Source: Rhizophagus irregularis (taxonomy: Eukaryota). Taken from it: a stretch of 64,000 nucleotides of DNA. The stretch is from positions 3,782,001-3,846,000 of the forward strand of contig NC_089431.1 of NCBI RefSeq assembly GCF_026210795.1, read 5' to 3'. Both the position numbers and the translations under genes were made by a program. Below the pieces are notes generated by a model. The model was not told the DNA's origin. It saw only the letters and a list, made by a program, of their open reading frames with translations, and searched no databases. This document shows, piece after piece, positions 38,823-51,987 of the stretch. Numbering within the stretch: the stretch's first letter is position 1; every line of letters starts with the position of its first letter.

Positions 38823-39689
38823 TACTATCTATTATTTTATCCTATAAAATAAAGAACTTCAAATATCCACAGTTAGTTAGAGTGAAGTATTATGGTTTCA
38901 AATATTTTTGTTATATCCAAACTTTTAGTAGGTGAACCCTCCTGGTAATTGATGCAAATTCTTGAAATTATATTGATTTTTCTTTTTAACAAAAGAATTC
39001 AGTAATTATGTTCTCTAACATCAACTTTAATAAATTACTATAAATAAAAAAATAAAAAAGTGATTACTTGAAATATTTATTTGTTATATTTGTTATAAAT
39101 ATCTTTTTGAAGTAGCATTTGAATAAATCACTTTACAATTTGAAAGACTTTAAACTCTTCTACATAAAACTATTTAACAGTCTTTCTGATTTGTTTTCCA
39201 AAGACCTTTTTCTACAATAACTGATTGACATATTGAACTAATTTAACATATTACATTTATTAATTGGATATATATAATTTGTTATATTTATTAAATATAT
39301 GAGATTTGTTAAACTTATTAAATATATTTTATATATTATATTTATTAAACATTTAGACATCATAGCAAATATTTATTATATGTAATATTTTATTATAAAT
39401 ATAGGATGTTTTTGTAGTAATGTTTCTTTCAGATAACAAAAAGATAATAAAGTTTTATTTAAAGTAATAAAAGGTTTATTTAATTATCATTTAGTGATAG
39501 GTTTTATTTGTGAAATCCTTTATTTGTGATTAGTGTATATGAAGTGAGTGCTAATACATATACCTTATGCTTACATAATTAAATTATTTGCATTATATTT
39601 TTAAGTGCAAAGAACTGACCTAGCACTATTACTATAAAAATTATCTTATAGTATATAACACGCAATGGTTCGTATTATATGTGGCATTA

Positions 39690-40192
39690 TATTCATACTT
39701 TACATGACTTAAAATATTTTTTAATATCATCAACATGTTGAAAGAATATATAAAACTATCACTAGTAATGCCTTAACTATAAGATTCAATTTACTAGGAG
39801 TAAACCCATCCTGAGATCCACGAAGTAACAATTTAAATTCATATGAAGTATTTAGGTTATCTGCAGGTAGAATTTCTCTATAGGGTATTACTGTATCTGA
39901 AATTTCTTTAGAAGTAAAATTATAGAATTTAATGAAAGTGATGCAACGTTGCAAAGTACCTCTCAAATACACTGAAATCATCCTTTGATAAATTTGCAGG
40001 GTCTGAAGAAAATTCAGGATTTTGAGCATGTCCACATTTTTCCAAACTTGAATTTCACTCAATCATTTGAATGAACGATATCAAACTTTTTCTGAAATTA
40101 AATAGTAATTTGATGAGTTAAATATCTTTTCTGGTATTAAATTGATATAACATTTTTGAAAGGTTCAAGAAAGAATTATTTTCAAAGCTTGT
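39690..40192 (-). pseudogene. Degenerate BACK-TLDc relic
   Basis: SEIQVWK, TLQRCITFIKFYNFTSKE and SYEFKLLLRGSQDGF, with deletions; its upstream 40195-40265 resembles the copy 1 upstream region. Confidence 0.75.
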
Positions 40193-40740
40193 TTATATGT
40201 TATTTTATAATGATCCTTAGATTTTATATTATTTGCAGATTTACGTAAACTAAGATTCCTGAAGAATGAAGGTTTGTAAAAAACGCAATAATACATATAA
40301 TACGTTGCAGAAATGCAAGAAGTTAATTTATCTGCTTTTATTAAAATTTCAGAAATTTCAAATATCTAAAACATAATTCATAAAAAAATATATTTTCCGG
40401 AGGACTTTTAAATAATTATGTTTAACACAAACCGTGCTGTCCGCACACGCGATCGGTATATAAACAAAAAAAAAACTCGATTTTAACATGGAATTTGCTT
40501 GTAACACCCGGTTTAAGGTAAATATAGGGAATTTATGCTATGAACTTTCTTTCAAAGCATAGTTTAGGATAAGTGTATTAGGAAAAAAAATAAAGAGACA
40601 TTTACTGACGATTAGACTAGTGAAAAAATGGTGTTTGTGTGACTAGCGTTTAAATTATCCTGTATAAATTAATTTTAAATTGCTGATCCTTTTTTTTTGA
40701 CGTATTCTTTATAGTTAAGACCGGCAAGTCATGTTGTACA

Positions 40741-42011
40741 TCTAATCTAATTCCGGTTAATGAATTTAATCGGAATTTTTTTTTTTCAAATATATATTTT
40801 TTTTAAATTTTTTCGGTTCATTTTTTTTTCTTGAACCGATCTTTGAAAAAAAAGAAAGAACCATTTGTAAAATTTCCTCTTCTCTTTCAAAACACCTTTT
40901 CTTTCCTTTTTTTCTTAAAAAAAAAAATAATTTTCGTTTTTTTCCCCTTTCTTTTTTCTGTTTTTTTTCTTCTTTTTCCGTTTAGATTTGGTTTTTTTTC
41001 CAAAGCCGAAAAATTATTATTATTTTTTTTTTACATCATTTTTTTCGGTCTTTTTTTTTAGAATTTAGACAATATTATTAATTTTTTTTGAATTTTTTTT
41101 TCGGCCTTTTTGGACCGGATTATTGTCCTTTTTTTTCAGAATTTTTTTCGGTACTTATTTTTTTTTAAACCGATTTCTTTCTTTATCCTTTTTCTTTTCC
41201 CCCAATTTTTCCAATTTTTTTTTCTTTCTTTCGAATTTTTTTTTATTTTTTCTTTCTTTTTCCTTTCGGTTTCTTCGACTTTCCTCTGCCCCTCCCTACA
41301 AAATTTTTTTTTCGTTTTTATTTTTTCGATTTTTTTTTGTTATTTTCCGGATGGCTTTTTTCCAATCTTAAAATTTTTCTTTTCAGTTTGGCTTTTTTTC
41401 TTTCAAACCGAATTTTTTTTTCCGAATACATTCTTTCACCATTTAGGTTTAGATCGGTGATCAGATCAATGTTGCGGCGCCATGGCATTTGCCTTTTTTC
41501 CTGATTCATATTATTAATAATAATATTATTTTTTTTGTATCAAGCTCAATAATAAACTAACATAATTACTTAGTATTTATTTATTTTTTGTAACAATAGA
41601 TCGTTATAATTAATTTTTCTGGTGAATTTTTTTTTTCTAGAGGATGTAATTTTTTTTTAATGCTAAAATGGAATTTTTTAAGATAAAAAAAAAAGGTTTT
41701 TTTGTAACAATATAACAATAAACTACTTATACAAAATTGTTTTGTAATGAATTTGTAAATTTCGTGTGATAAATAAAATTTGCATTTAATAATAATATTT
41801 CATATACTGTATAACACTTGCACACAATTCATTAATCATGTAAATTATGTAATTTATTACATCTATTTCCTACTAAAGCCATCATAATAATAGTAAAAAA
41901 CTAGACCTATTCACACCATGGCAAATAAAATATAAGTGTTATTATTACTATCTTACTTGATCTTGATGGGCAAGTATCATCCCCGGAGCAACGCGACGGG
42001 TTATCGCCTAG
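40741..42011 (+). mobile_element. Non-autonomous Helitron-like element with extremely T-rich interior
   Basis: 5' a|TCTAATC; 3' GC hairpin cccggagcaacgcgacggg followed by CTAG|t; no TSD. The 5' boundary is less certain than the 3'. Confidence 0.65.
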
Positions 42012-43329
42012 TTGTATTTAAAATTTAATTGAATTTAGTAAAATATATAAATAATATCAGTTTCAGGTAAAACTCTATCCGACTTACAAAATATTGCAAG
42101 ATTATTTGGATATTAAAAAATAGTGACACTAATATTACTCAGAATTGTAAAAGTTTTTTGGATTTAAATAATAATTTAAATAATGGTTGAAATTATAATT
42201 TATTATTATGTTAATTACATACTCGTCAGATACTTTGTAATCGGATTAGTATAAATGCGCCCAATTCTTTTTTTAGGTCTCCTTTAAGCAGTTCCTTTAA
42301 GTAAACGAGTAGCAACAAGATGATACCCTTTTCTTCGTGGATACCTTTAATCTATGCGATATGTTGAAAAAGAATGTTTACCAGCTCAAACATATTTCAT
42401 TGCCATAGTCGTGGTTAGTGATTCTGACTTAACTGAAATCAAATGTAGTTTTAGCTATTTGTTACAATTGTTAAAAGCTATAATAAAGTTTAAATGACCT
42501 ATGTTTAATCAAAGCTAAAATTAACTTTTGTTTACAATACACATTTGACTCATTTGAATTTAATCAAAGGTTGGACCATGTTATTTAACACATTTCGCAA
42601 ATTAAAAATTTAAATAACAAAATAAAAATAAAATTTTTATTTAATTTCTATCTATAATTATAACTTATAGTCATGTATATAGTAATGGAAGAACTAGGAA
42701 AAGATAATTAGTGATTTTTTTTAAACAATACCATTAATACTTCTTTTCCTATAATTTCCTTTGAACAGATTGTTCAATAACGGTTTAATATAATCTACAC
42801 TAAAGCATAGTTTTGAACAAAAAAAAGGTTAGACTCTTTACCAAATGTTGGTAATTTTAAACTAATAAGGATATTTAGAAAAACATGATTAATAATAATT
42901 TATTTATTTTTAATTTTTAAATTTAATTTAAACAGGTAAATCAGTTCGTAATGGACTGTCACGGTAATATCTTTTTAAAGTTTTTTTTTACTTTACAAAA
43001 ATTTATTCTCTGCCAAATCTGAACTAACAAAAATAAATAAAAACCAATTATTTTTGAAATCCATATATTCGAGATTAACCTATTATTGTGGGTTTTCCGT
43101 TACAAAACCAATCAATGATGTATTTACAGTATCGGCTACGTATTTGTTTCGATAATGCTCGATCTTCGTAATTTTTCTGCGGTGATAAACATTAAAATTT
43201 ACTGCGCCATTGCACAAATTTGTGAAACCACATGAGGTTGTGTACCAACCATCTGCTGAAAAAAAATATTTAAGGAATCATTCAATCATTTTATTTTATT
43301 TATTTTTTTTTTTTAAAAAAAAAATTATA

Positions 43330-45523
43330 ATGGATGATAATAAATTTTTACCAAAATTATCGCACAATTTACTCGAAATTTTGAACGATGATGAGTATTA
43401 TGATATAACAATCGAAGTTGGTAATGACCCTTACGTAAAAATATTCCGTGCTCACATGGTCATCTTAAATTATCGTTCTAATTATTTACGAAGAATTTTG
43501 TCAACAAATAAAAAGAAAAATGATGAAACTTTGGTACATATTAAACTACCAAATATCTTACCTGAAAATTTTCAAATAATTCTAAGGTAAGTAAATACAA
43601 TAAATAGGTTATTATTTTACAAATATGTAAATAATTTTTAATTTATTGTAAAATGATTATATTTCAGATATATTTACGGATGAAGACTTTCTTTGGATGG
43701 ATGTGATACTTTGGATATTTTTAAGATCTTGATTGCCGCTAGTGAACTTAATCTTCAAGAACTAGTTAGCTATTTACAACTTTATATTATTGAAAATAAT
43801 AAAAATTGGATGGAACAAAATTTTAATTTCGTATATCAAACAACTTTTGAGAATAATTCTTTTTTAGAACTTCAAAATTATTGTACTAACTTAATTTCAA
43901 GAAGACCGGATAAGATTATTAAATCAATTAGTTTCTTTTCAATACCAGAAAAACTTCTGGTTTCAATTATTCAAAGTAATAATCTTCATATGAGCGAAAT
44001 TCAAGTTTGGAAATATATGATTAAATGGGGACTTGCGCAGAATCCTGGACTTCCTTCTGATCCTGCAACCTTTTCAAAAGATGATTTCAATGTATTAAAG
44101 AATACTTTACAGCAACTCATTCCTTTCATCGAGTTTACTAATTTAACTCCTAAAGAATTTTCTGATGAAGTATTACCTTATAAGAAAGTTTTACCAAAGG
44201 AATTATATAAGGATTTATTGAACATTTTTTTAAATTCACATCCTGATAGCAGACCAAATGATATATCAAAAATTCAAAAGATCAATTCAAAAATTATTAC
44301 ATTTCAACATGCTGAATTAATTTCAAAATGGATTAGTAAATTAGATATCATTACGGGCAAGTCGACTTCCTTGTACGAATTCAAATTAATTCTTCGTGGA
44401 TCTCGTGATGGGTTTGAATCTGATGTATTTCATGAGATATGTGATGATCGATCTTGCACTATAACAATTATTAAAGTTAAAGGAAATAACCAAATTCTTG
44501 GAGGATATAATCCAATTGAATGGAAATCTGATCGTAATTATTGTGCTACTAAAGATAGTTTTATATTCTCTTTTAAGAATGGTAATGATATTAATGATCA
44601 TATTTTAAGTCGTGTTACAAATGAGAATTATGCTATATTTAACGACCATATTTATGGTCCATCATTTGGTTGCGCTGATCTTATTTTACGGGGGAATAGA
44701 GGACATTGTATAAAAGTTAGTTATGATGGAAAACAAATCAGAGGACCTTCTTCAGGTATGATTAATTAGTTTTGTAAATAACCAAAAATTTTTATATAAT
44801 CTCCTTATAATTTTTATAGAATCTGTCTTACATTATGGTATAAGGTGTGACTGCTGTAATCATACAGTCCGTGGAATGAGATGGAAATGTACATCTTGTG
44901 AAGACTATGATTTATGTCAAATTTGTAAACCAAAATCACATATTCACCATCATCCAGATGATCATGTATTCGAACTTGTACCACATTCAAGAACTTCTCA
45001 TCGTGCTCCTCGTACGTACTGTCATATCTTTTTGAATATAGCATTCTATAATACTAAAAATTTCTATAAATTATTTATAACCTCTTTTAATATCTCATAG
45101 AATTTGCTGTGCATCATGGTATTGTATGTAAGTGCTGCGACAAAACGATTCTTGGAATGAGATGGAAGTGTACATTTTGTAATAATTATGATTTATGTCA
45201 AGATTGTAAATCTAAATCATCAAATATTCATGATCATCCAAATAATCATGCTTTTCAACCTATCGCATATCCAGAATTTAAATTTGATATTGAAGGTATG
45301 TTATAATCTTTTTGAATTATAATAACATTCGATATTTCGATTATACAAGATAATGTTTTATTAATTCCATATTTCATTATCATTGCAATATGAAATTTTA
45401 GAGCCAATTCCCGCTATTTGTGACTATTGTGAAACTACCTGCTTTCTTGGAGAATGTCTTAAATGTGCCAATGGGGAATTTTCTGTAGAAGAATATGAAA
45501 TATTTCAAGTTTTAAAAAGATAA
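43330..45523 (+). pseudogene. BTB-BACK-TLDc/ZZ copy 4 with a single nonsense codon (GGA>TGA at 43681-43683)
   Basis: Exons 43330-43586, 43668-44755, 44820-45011, 45101-45295, 45402-45523; RYIYG*RLS versus RYIYGG(R/K)LS in all other copies; otherwise open. Confidence 0.8.
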
Positions 45524-46175
45524 ATTATAATCTGAATTTGTTATATAAGCAAATATTAGACGAAATATTTCGATGCAATTTGGATTAGTTAATTATAAGA
45601 TGTATGAAAACTACAAACTAATAGAGTTGACGTTGTAATATAAATTAAATAAAATAAAAAGTTTATTTATTTATTTATTTACTTTCTATTTACCATATTT
45701 ACAAAATTGATATTACTTACACAAATTCAAATTTTTACATTAAATAGCTACTTTAAGAAAGTTATTAAAAAAATTAATTTTTGCATACAGCACATTAATA
45801 CAAACAATATAAAATTTTTTTTTAAAAAAATAAAAAAAAATTAATTATTAAAGAATTATCCGATGTCCAAGATTTTTCAACAAATAATCGTCGCAAATAA
45901 AAAAAAAAATTGATTTTAAAAACTTAATATGTATTTCATGATTTATAGCATTTTTTCCTTTTTAATATTAATTAAGCATTAAAATTTTAGTATTATAAGA
46001 GTTATTATGACTTATAATATGGTAGACTGTTATAATTATTGATGATTTTATAGCAGTTATTTCTCAATATGACAATTTATCAGTATAAATTGCTCTTTTC
46101 ACCTTTTTTTCTTTTTTTTTCTTCTTGTTTTTCTGAAAAATAAAATTTTATTCATTTTATTTCCCAAAAAAAAAA

Positions 46176-47555
46176 ATGTCAAAATTAAATAGTGATGTTC
46201 TTTATTATATTTTTCAAGATTTACATTACTTAATTACTGCTAATTCAAATAATGAAAGAAATTTTAAAAAATCTCTACATCATTGTTTATTTATTAACAA
46301 ACATTGGTGTGAAATCATGATTCAAATTTTATGGAGTTATCCTTATAAATATGTTTATAACAAAAAATCATTATCAGATATTATTATTTCACATTTATCA
46401 GATAATTCAATTAAATTTTTGAAAGATGAAAATATCATTGAAGCAAATTTTCAAAAGCAAAAACTTTCATTTAACTATGTTAGATTTTGCAAATATCTTA
46501 ATAATATAGATGACGTTATTCTAGATAGATATTTATTAAAGAAAGAAATTTATAAGCTTTTTATTAGTGAATGTTCATCAATTAAATGTTTGAGTTCAGA
46601 TATGATGTCAGTTTCAATATGCAAATATCCAGGATCAAATATTTCTCTTTCAAATCTATATGAGTTAGATATAAGAAAATATTCATGTACGTTTTATCAT
46701 GAATTGGCACAAATATGCAGGTCAATAGAAAAAATTCGCATAACTATTTATGAAGAAACTTCTGGAATTGCTGAATTAATTGAAATGCAAAAACAGATTA
46801 AATACATATTTATAGATGAATACTGCGAATGTAAGAAGATAAATCAAGCTTTAGAAAAACATGTAAATTCAATTGTTCATTTGCATTTAAAAACAAATGA
46901 ATTCTTTCAACATGATTTTCTCCTTCCAAAATTAATTAATTTACAATGTTTAAGAATAAATGATACAAAACATCAAACAGGAGATCATAGAATATATTTA
47001 AATTATTATAACCTTCAAATACTTGATTTACTACACATATCACTTGATATAGCATTAGATATTATTCAAAATACAAATGGAAGTCTATGGAAAATTAAAA
47101 TCAGACTTGCTAATTGTGATCGAGCAAAAGAATATAATCAGTCAATCTACAAATATTGTCCAAATATAAAATATGTTACAGTATTTTTAAACCGTAAGGG
47201 AACCCTAGAAGAACTGGAGAAAATTTTCATCAATTGCCAACACTTGGTAGCAATAGATATAGATGAGAAAATCAAAGATGAATATTATGATAAATTTCTG
47301 GATTTATTGATTAAATCGGCTCCATTCACTTTATACAAAATTCATATTGATGATATTAATTTATTTAGTACAGAATCTTTAAAATTATTTTTTACTAATT
47401 GGAGTAAATGTAAAACAAATTTACATTATTATGATCGTTTTAATAGCTGGCATAAATTTATTGAAATATGTGAAGGGACAGATGCTATTATTAAACTTGA
47501 TTATTATGATGATGATTTTCGGAATCATGAAATTAAATGGTTACTTGAATTCTAA
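46176..47555 (+). CDS. Intronless F-box domain / RNI-like LRR protein (MSKLN subfamily)
   Basis: MSKLNSDVLYYIF..SLHHCLFINKHWCEIMIQILWSYP, FNYVRFCKYL and IYKYCPNIKY; 459-aa open frame. Confidence 0.9.
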   Translation: MSKLNSDVLYYIFQDLHYLITANSNNERNFKKSLHHCLFINKHWCEIMIQILWSYPYKYVYNKKSLSDIIISHLSDNSIKFLKDENIIEANFQKQKLSFNYVRFCKYLNNIDDVILDRYLLKKEIYKLFISECSSIKCLSSDMMSVSICKYPGSNISLSNLYELDIRKYSCTFYHELAQICRSIEKIRITIYEETSGIAELIEMQKQIKYIFIDEYCECKKINQALEKHVNSIVHLHLKTNEFFQHDFLLPKLINLQCLRINDTKHQTGDHRIYLNYYNLQILDLLHISLDIALDIIQNTNGSLWKIKIRLANCDRAKEYNQSIYKYCPNIKYVTVFLNRKGTLEELEKIFINCQHLVAIDIDEKIKDEYYDKFLDLLIKSAPFTLYKIHIDDINLFSTESLKLFFTNWSKCKTNLHYYDRFNSWHKFIEICEGTDAIIKLDYYDDDFRNHEIKWLLEF

Positions 47556-48524
47556 TTAAAGTGAAGCTTGTTATAGTAAATTTTGTTTATCCAGTTCACT
47601 TACTAATAGATCTTATTCGTTATAGTAAATTTACTAATAAAATCAATTAAATTCATGTGATAAGATACCAACCAGACAAAATTAAAAGACAAAATAACAA
47701 ATAATTATGAATAATAATGGATAATTAGGCAAATTCTTCAAATGGTTAAATAATCAAATCATATACTGCATGAAATTAGTTTAGCACTGGCTTACAAACC
47801 AAATAATTAGTCGCAAGTATAATGATCCATGACAACTTAGATATCAATATGAGACCCCTGGTCAACTACTAATAGTGCATTTGCCATATTTACATAATTA
47901 ATATTTCTTTTTTTTTTTGTTTAAATTCTAATTTTACATTAAATAGCTAATAATGTTACTTTAAGAAAAAAAAATGTTTTTTTTGTATACAATACATTAA
48001 TGCAAACAATATAAATAAATTTTTTGAATAATAAAATAAAAAAATTAATTATTAAAGAATTTTGAAAATATGATGACAATTTTATTAGAAAACTTAATAT
48101 ATACACATTAAATAATTGACTAATTCTGACCAAATATTTTGAAATTTTGAATTATGATATTAGTTTTTAAGAGTAACAACGTTAAGGTCTCGCCGTCAAA
48201 TGATTAATCGGAACTACGAATATATTGTTAAAATTATTGCGCAGTATTTTTTACCCTTCGATAATTTTAAACTTCGTGAAAATATTCTAAATAATTGTCG
48301 CTTTCATAAAATAGTTTGTAAATTTTATACATTATCAAAATTTAAATCTATTTGTATGATGATATTACCATACATAGTTTCGCAGCCTAAGAGTACATAT
48401 ATGTACGTGTTCCCGATACACTAATTTAATTGATTTTCGTTAAAAAATTTAGATTTTTATTACGATTGAATGACCCTTGCGTAAAGTTAGTTCGAAGAAG
48501 TTAGCCTGCCCGTAGTGATATTCA

Positions 48525-48815
48525 AGCTTCAATCCATTTTGAAATAGATTAATTAATTCAGCATTTTAAAATGAAATAATTTATAAATCAATCATAAATC
48601 GATATTTTTTGTTTCTAAACCCTTATATAGTAATTCCTTCTGTAAACTTATCAAAAATTCTTTAGAAGTTATTTCAATAAAAGGAATGCATTATTACAAA
48701 GTATTTTTTTTTAAAAAAAAATAAATATTTTGAAGTCTTCAAGTAAAAAGGTTGAAGGATTAAAGAGAAATCAAAACTTGAATTTCGCTTATTTATTATT
48801 ATCTTTGAATAATTG
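48525..48815 (-). pseudogene. Highly degenerate BACK-TLDc relic
   Basis: Reverse-strand remnants of SEIQV, TL..CIPF and NAELI..SKWIE. Confidence 0.55.
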
Positions 48816-49385
48816 AAATTAGACTTAATGATTATTTTGATAATTCTAACCAAAAAATTTTGATAACAGACATATTTATTAATTATTTATATAAAGTAAA
48901 AAATTATCCGTTTATATTTTAGATTACTTAATATTATTACGCAGAGTTTATTGCTAGTTTTTTCAAAAGTTACTTCGTTGCTCGTATGAAAATTACAAAT
49001 ATAATGTTTTAAAAATTGTGATAGTACAGTATATTAAAATTTTCTTGCCATAATAAATTAAATAAATTATTTCAAATCGGACAAATTCAATTTTATTGGC
49101 TGATTCTGGGATCCGCAACCAAATTTAATTGGGCTAGAATTAAATGTTATTCGATCAGAATAGTGTTAATCTTAAATGATTAATTCCGATCAGAAGTTAT
49201 AAATTTTTAAAATTTACTCATTTTTTCATACATTCATACAAATTTATATTTGACTTTAAATATTGATTTCAAAATATTTAATAATAATAAGACATTTAAT
49301 TTTATTGGTTTTTTATTTTTCAATTTAATTCAAAAAAAAAATTTCTCACCAGATATTTGATCACATAGCAAGTCTAAGTTATATT

Positions 49386-51814
49386 TTATCTTTTTACAAC
49401 TTGAAATAATTCGTATTCTTTTATATAAAATGTGTTATTGGCACACTTATAACATATGTTACCCGTGCAGGCTAATTTACAATAGTCACAAATTGCATTT
49501 CTTGAATCTCCTAATATGATAAAACGTGAATTAATAAAATATTATTTTGTTTAATTGAACGCCACAATTCAAAAAAGATTTGATAACATACTACCAATAA
49601 GTTTAAAATATGAAATATTATGTGGATGAAAAAATTTTTTTGAATAGAATTTACAATCTTGACACATATTAAAATTCGGGCACAATTCACATTTCCATCT
49701 CATCTCGCGAATTGTCTTGTTGCAGTAATTACACTTTGTATCATGCACAGAAATTCCTATGAGGTATTAAAAGAGGTTATAAATGATTTTAGTATTATAG
49801 AATGCTATATTCAAAAAAAATATGATAGCACATACGAGGAGCATATTTAGAAGTATCTGAATGTGGCATAAGCATGAGCCTATGATCATTTGGATGACGA
49901 TGTTTATGTGATTGGGGTTTACAGTCTTGACATAAATCATAGATTACACAGGTTGTACAATTCCATCTCTTTCCTCGGATAGTATGGTTACAACAGTCAC
50001 ACCCTACGCCATAATGCAAGACAGGTTCTACAAGAATTATAAGGAGATTGTATGAAAAAATTTTGGCAATTTAAATATAACAGATAACTAATTAATTTTA
50101 CCTGAAGGAGGACCTCTGATTTGTTTTTCATAGCTATCTTTCATATAATGTCCAATATCGCCACGCAAAATAAGGTCAGCACCGCCAAATGATGGACCAT
50201 AAGTATGGTCGTTAAATATAGCATAATCTTTTTTTACAACACGACTTAAAATATGATCATTAATATCATCACCATCCTCAAAAGAGAATATAAAGCTATC
50301 CTTAGTAACACCATAATCACTTTCAAATTTCCATTCAATTGGATTATATCCTCCAAGAATTTGGTTATTACCTTTAACTTTAATAATTGTTACAGTGCAA
50401 GATCGATCATCACATATCTTATGGAATTCATTAGATGCAAACCCATCCCGAGATCCACGAAAAATTAATTTGAATTCATATAAAGAATTTGGCTTATCTG
50501 TCACATCTAATTTATCAATCCATTTTGAAATTAATTCAGCATGTTGAACCGTAATAATTTTTGAATCAATATTTTTCAAGTTATCAGTTAGTTTGCTATC
50601 AGAATGATCAATACTTTTCAAGTTATCAGTTAGTTTGCTATCAGGATGATCAATACTTTTCAAGTTGTCAGTTAGTTTGCTATCAGGATGATCAATACTT
50701 TTCAAGTTATCAGTTAGTTTGCCATCAGGATGATCAATACTTTTCAAGTCGTCGGATGGTTTACTATCAGGATGATCAATACTTTTCAAGTTGTCAGTTA
50801 GTTTGCTATCAGGATGATCAATACTTTTCAAGTTATCAGTTAGTTTGCCATCAGGATGATCAATACTTTTCAAGTCGTCGGATGGTTTACTATCAGGATG
50901 TAAATTTAAAAATTTTTTCAATAAATCCTTGTAAAATTCCTTTGGTAAAATTTTCTTATAAGGTAATACTTCTTCAGAAAATTCTCTAGAACTTATATTA
51001 CTAAATTTAATAAAAGGAATGAGTTGTTGTAAAGTATTCTTTAATACATTGAAATCTTCTTTTGAAAAGATTGCAGGATCAGTAGGAAGTTCAGGATTCT
51101 GCGCAAGTCCCCATTTAATCACATATTTCCAAACTTGAATTTCGCTCATTTGAAAATTATTATTTTGAACAATTGAAATTAAAAGTTTTTCCGGAATTGA
51201 AGAGAAATTCATTGATTTAAGAATCTTATCTGGTCCTTTTGAAATTAAGTCTACGCAATAATTTTGAAGTTCCAAGAAAGAATTATTTTCAAAACTTGTT
51301 TGATATACGAGATTAAAATTTTCTTCCATCCAATTTTCATTATTTTTAATTATATAAAGTTGTAAGTAACTGACTAATTCTTGAAGATTAAGCTCATTAG
51401 CGGAGATCAAGATTTTAATAATATCTGAAGTGTCACATTCCTTCAAAGAAAGTTTCCCTCCGTAAATATATCTAAAATAAAAACATTTTATATAAATTAA
51501 AAAAACGTATATATTTGTAAAAATAATAACCTTATTTATTGTATTACATACCTTAAAATTATTTGAAAAATTTCAGGTGAGATATTTGGTAATTTAATAT
51601 GTACCAAAGTTTCATCATTTTTCTTTTTATTTGTTGACAAAATTCTTCGTAAATAATCAGAACGATAATTTAAGATGACCATGTGAGCACGGAATACTTT
51701 TACGTAAGGGTCATTACCAACTTCAATAGTAATATCATAATATTCATCATCATCATTATCCAAAATTTTGAGTAAATTTTGTGATAATTTTGGTAAAAAA
51801 TTGTCCTCATCCAT
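49386..51814 (-). CDS. BTB-BACK-TLDc/ZZ protein (copy 5) with an 8 x 14-aa linker expansion
   Basis: Exons 51814-51552, 51471-50102, 50027-49836, 49756-49592, 49510-49386; ends NTFYIKEYELFQVVKR*. Confidence 0.88.
50565..50900 (-). repeat. Coding minisatellite, 8 x 42 bp (HPDSKLTDNLKSID)
   Basis: 336 bp; exon 2 is 294 bp (7 units) longer than in sister copy 6. Confidence 0.95.
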
Positions 51815-51987
51815 TATAATTGATTTTTTTCTTTTTCTTCTTTTTTTTTGAGAGGGGAAAAAAAGAAAAAAATTTCCTGTTTCTGCAGTTACACAGTGTG
51901 GAAATCTTATTTATTTATGTGATGATCCTCAATAAAATCATAATAATATCTTGATATCGGGCCTGATTTTATATATTTATCTAGTGA

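Noticed and set aside
40831..41509. Phe-rich and Lys-rich ORFs
   Set aside because: Poly-T low-complexity interior of the Helitron-like element
43681..43683. TGA as selenocysteine or an alternative genetic code
   Set aside because: Aligned position is Gly in all paralogs, and TGA is a normal stop elsewhere in the window
50565..50900. CRISPR-like array
   Set aside because: Head-to-tail coding repeats with no unique spacers, in a eukaryotic exon with no cas genes
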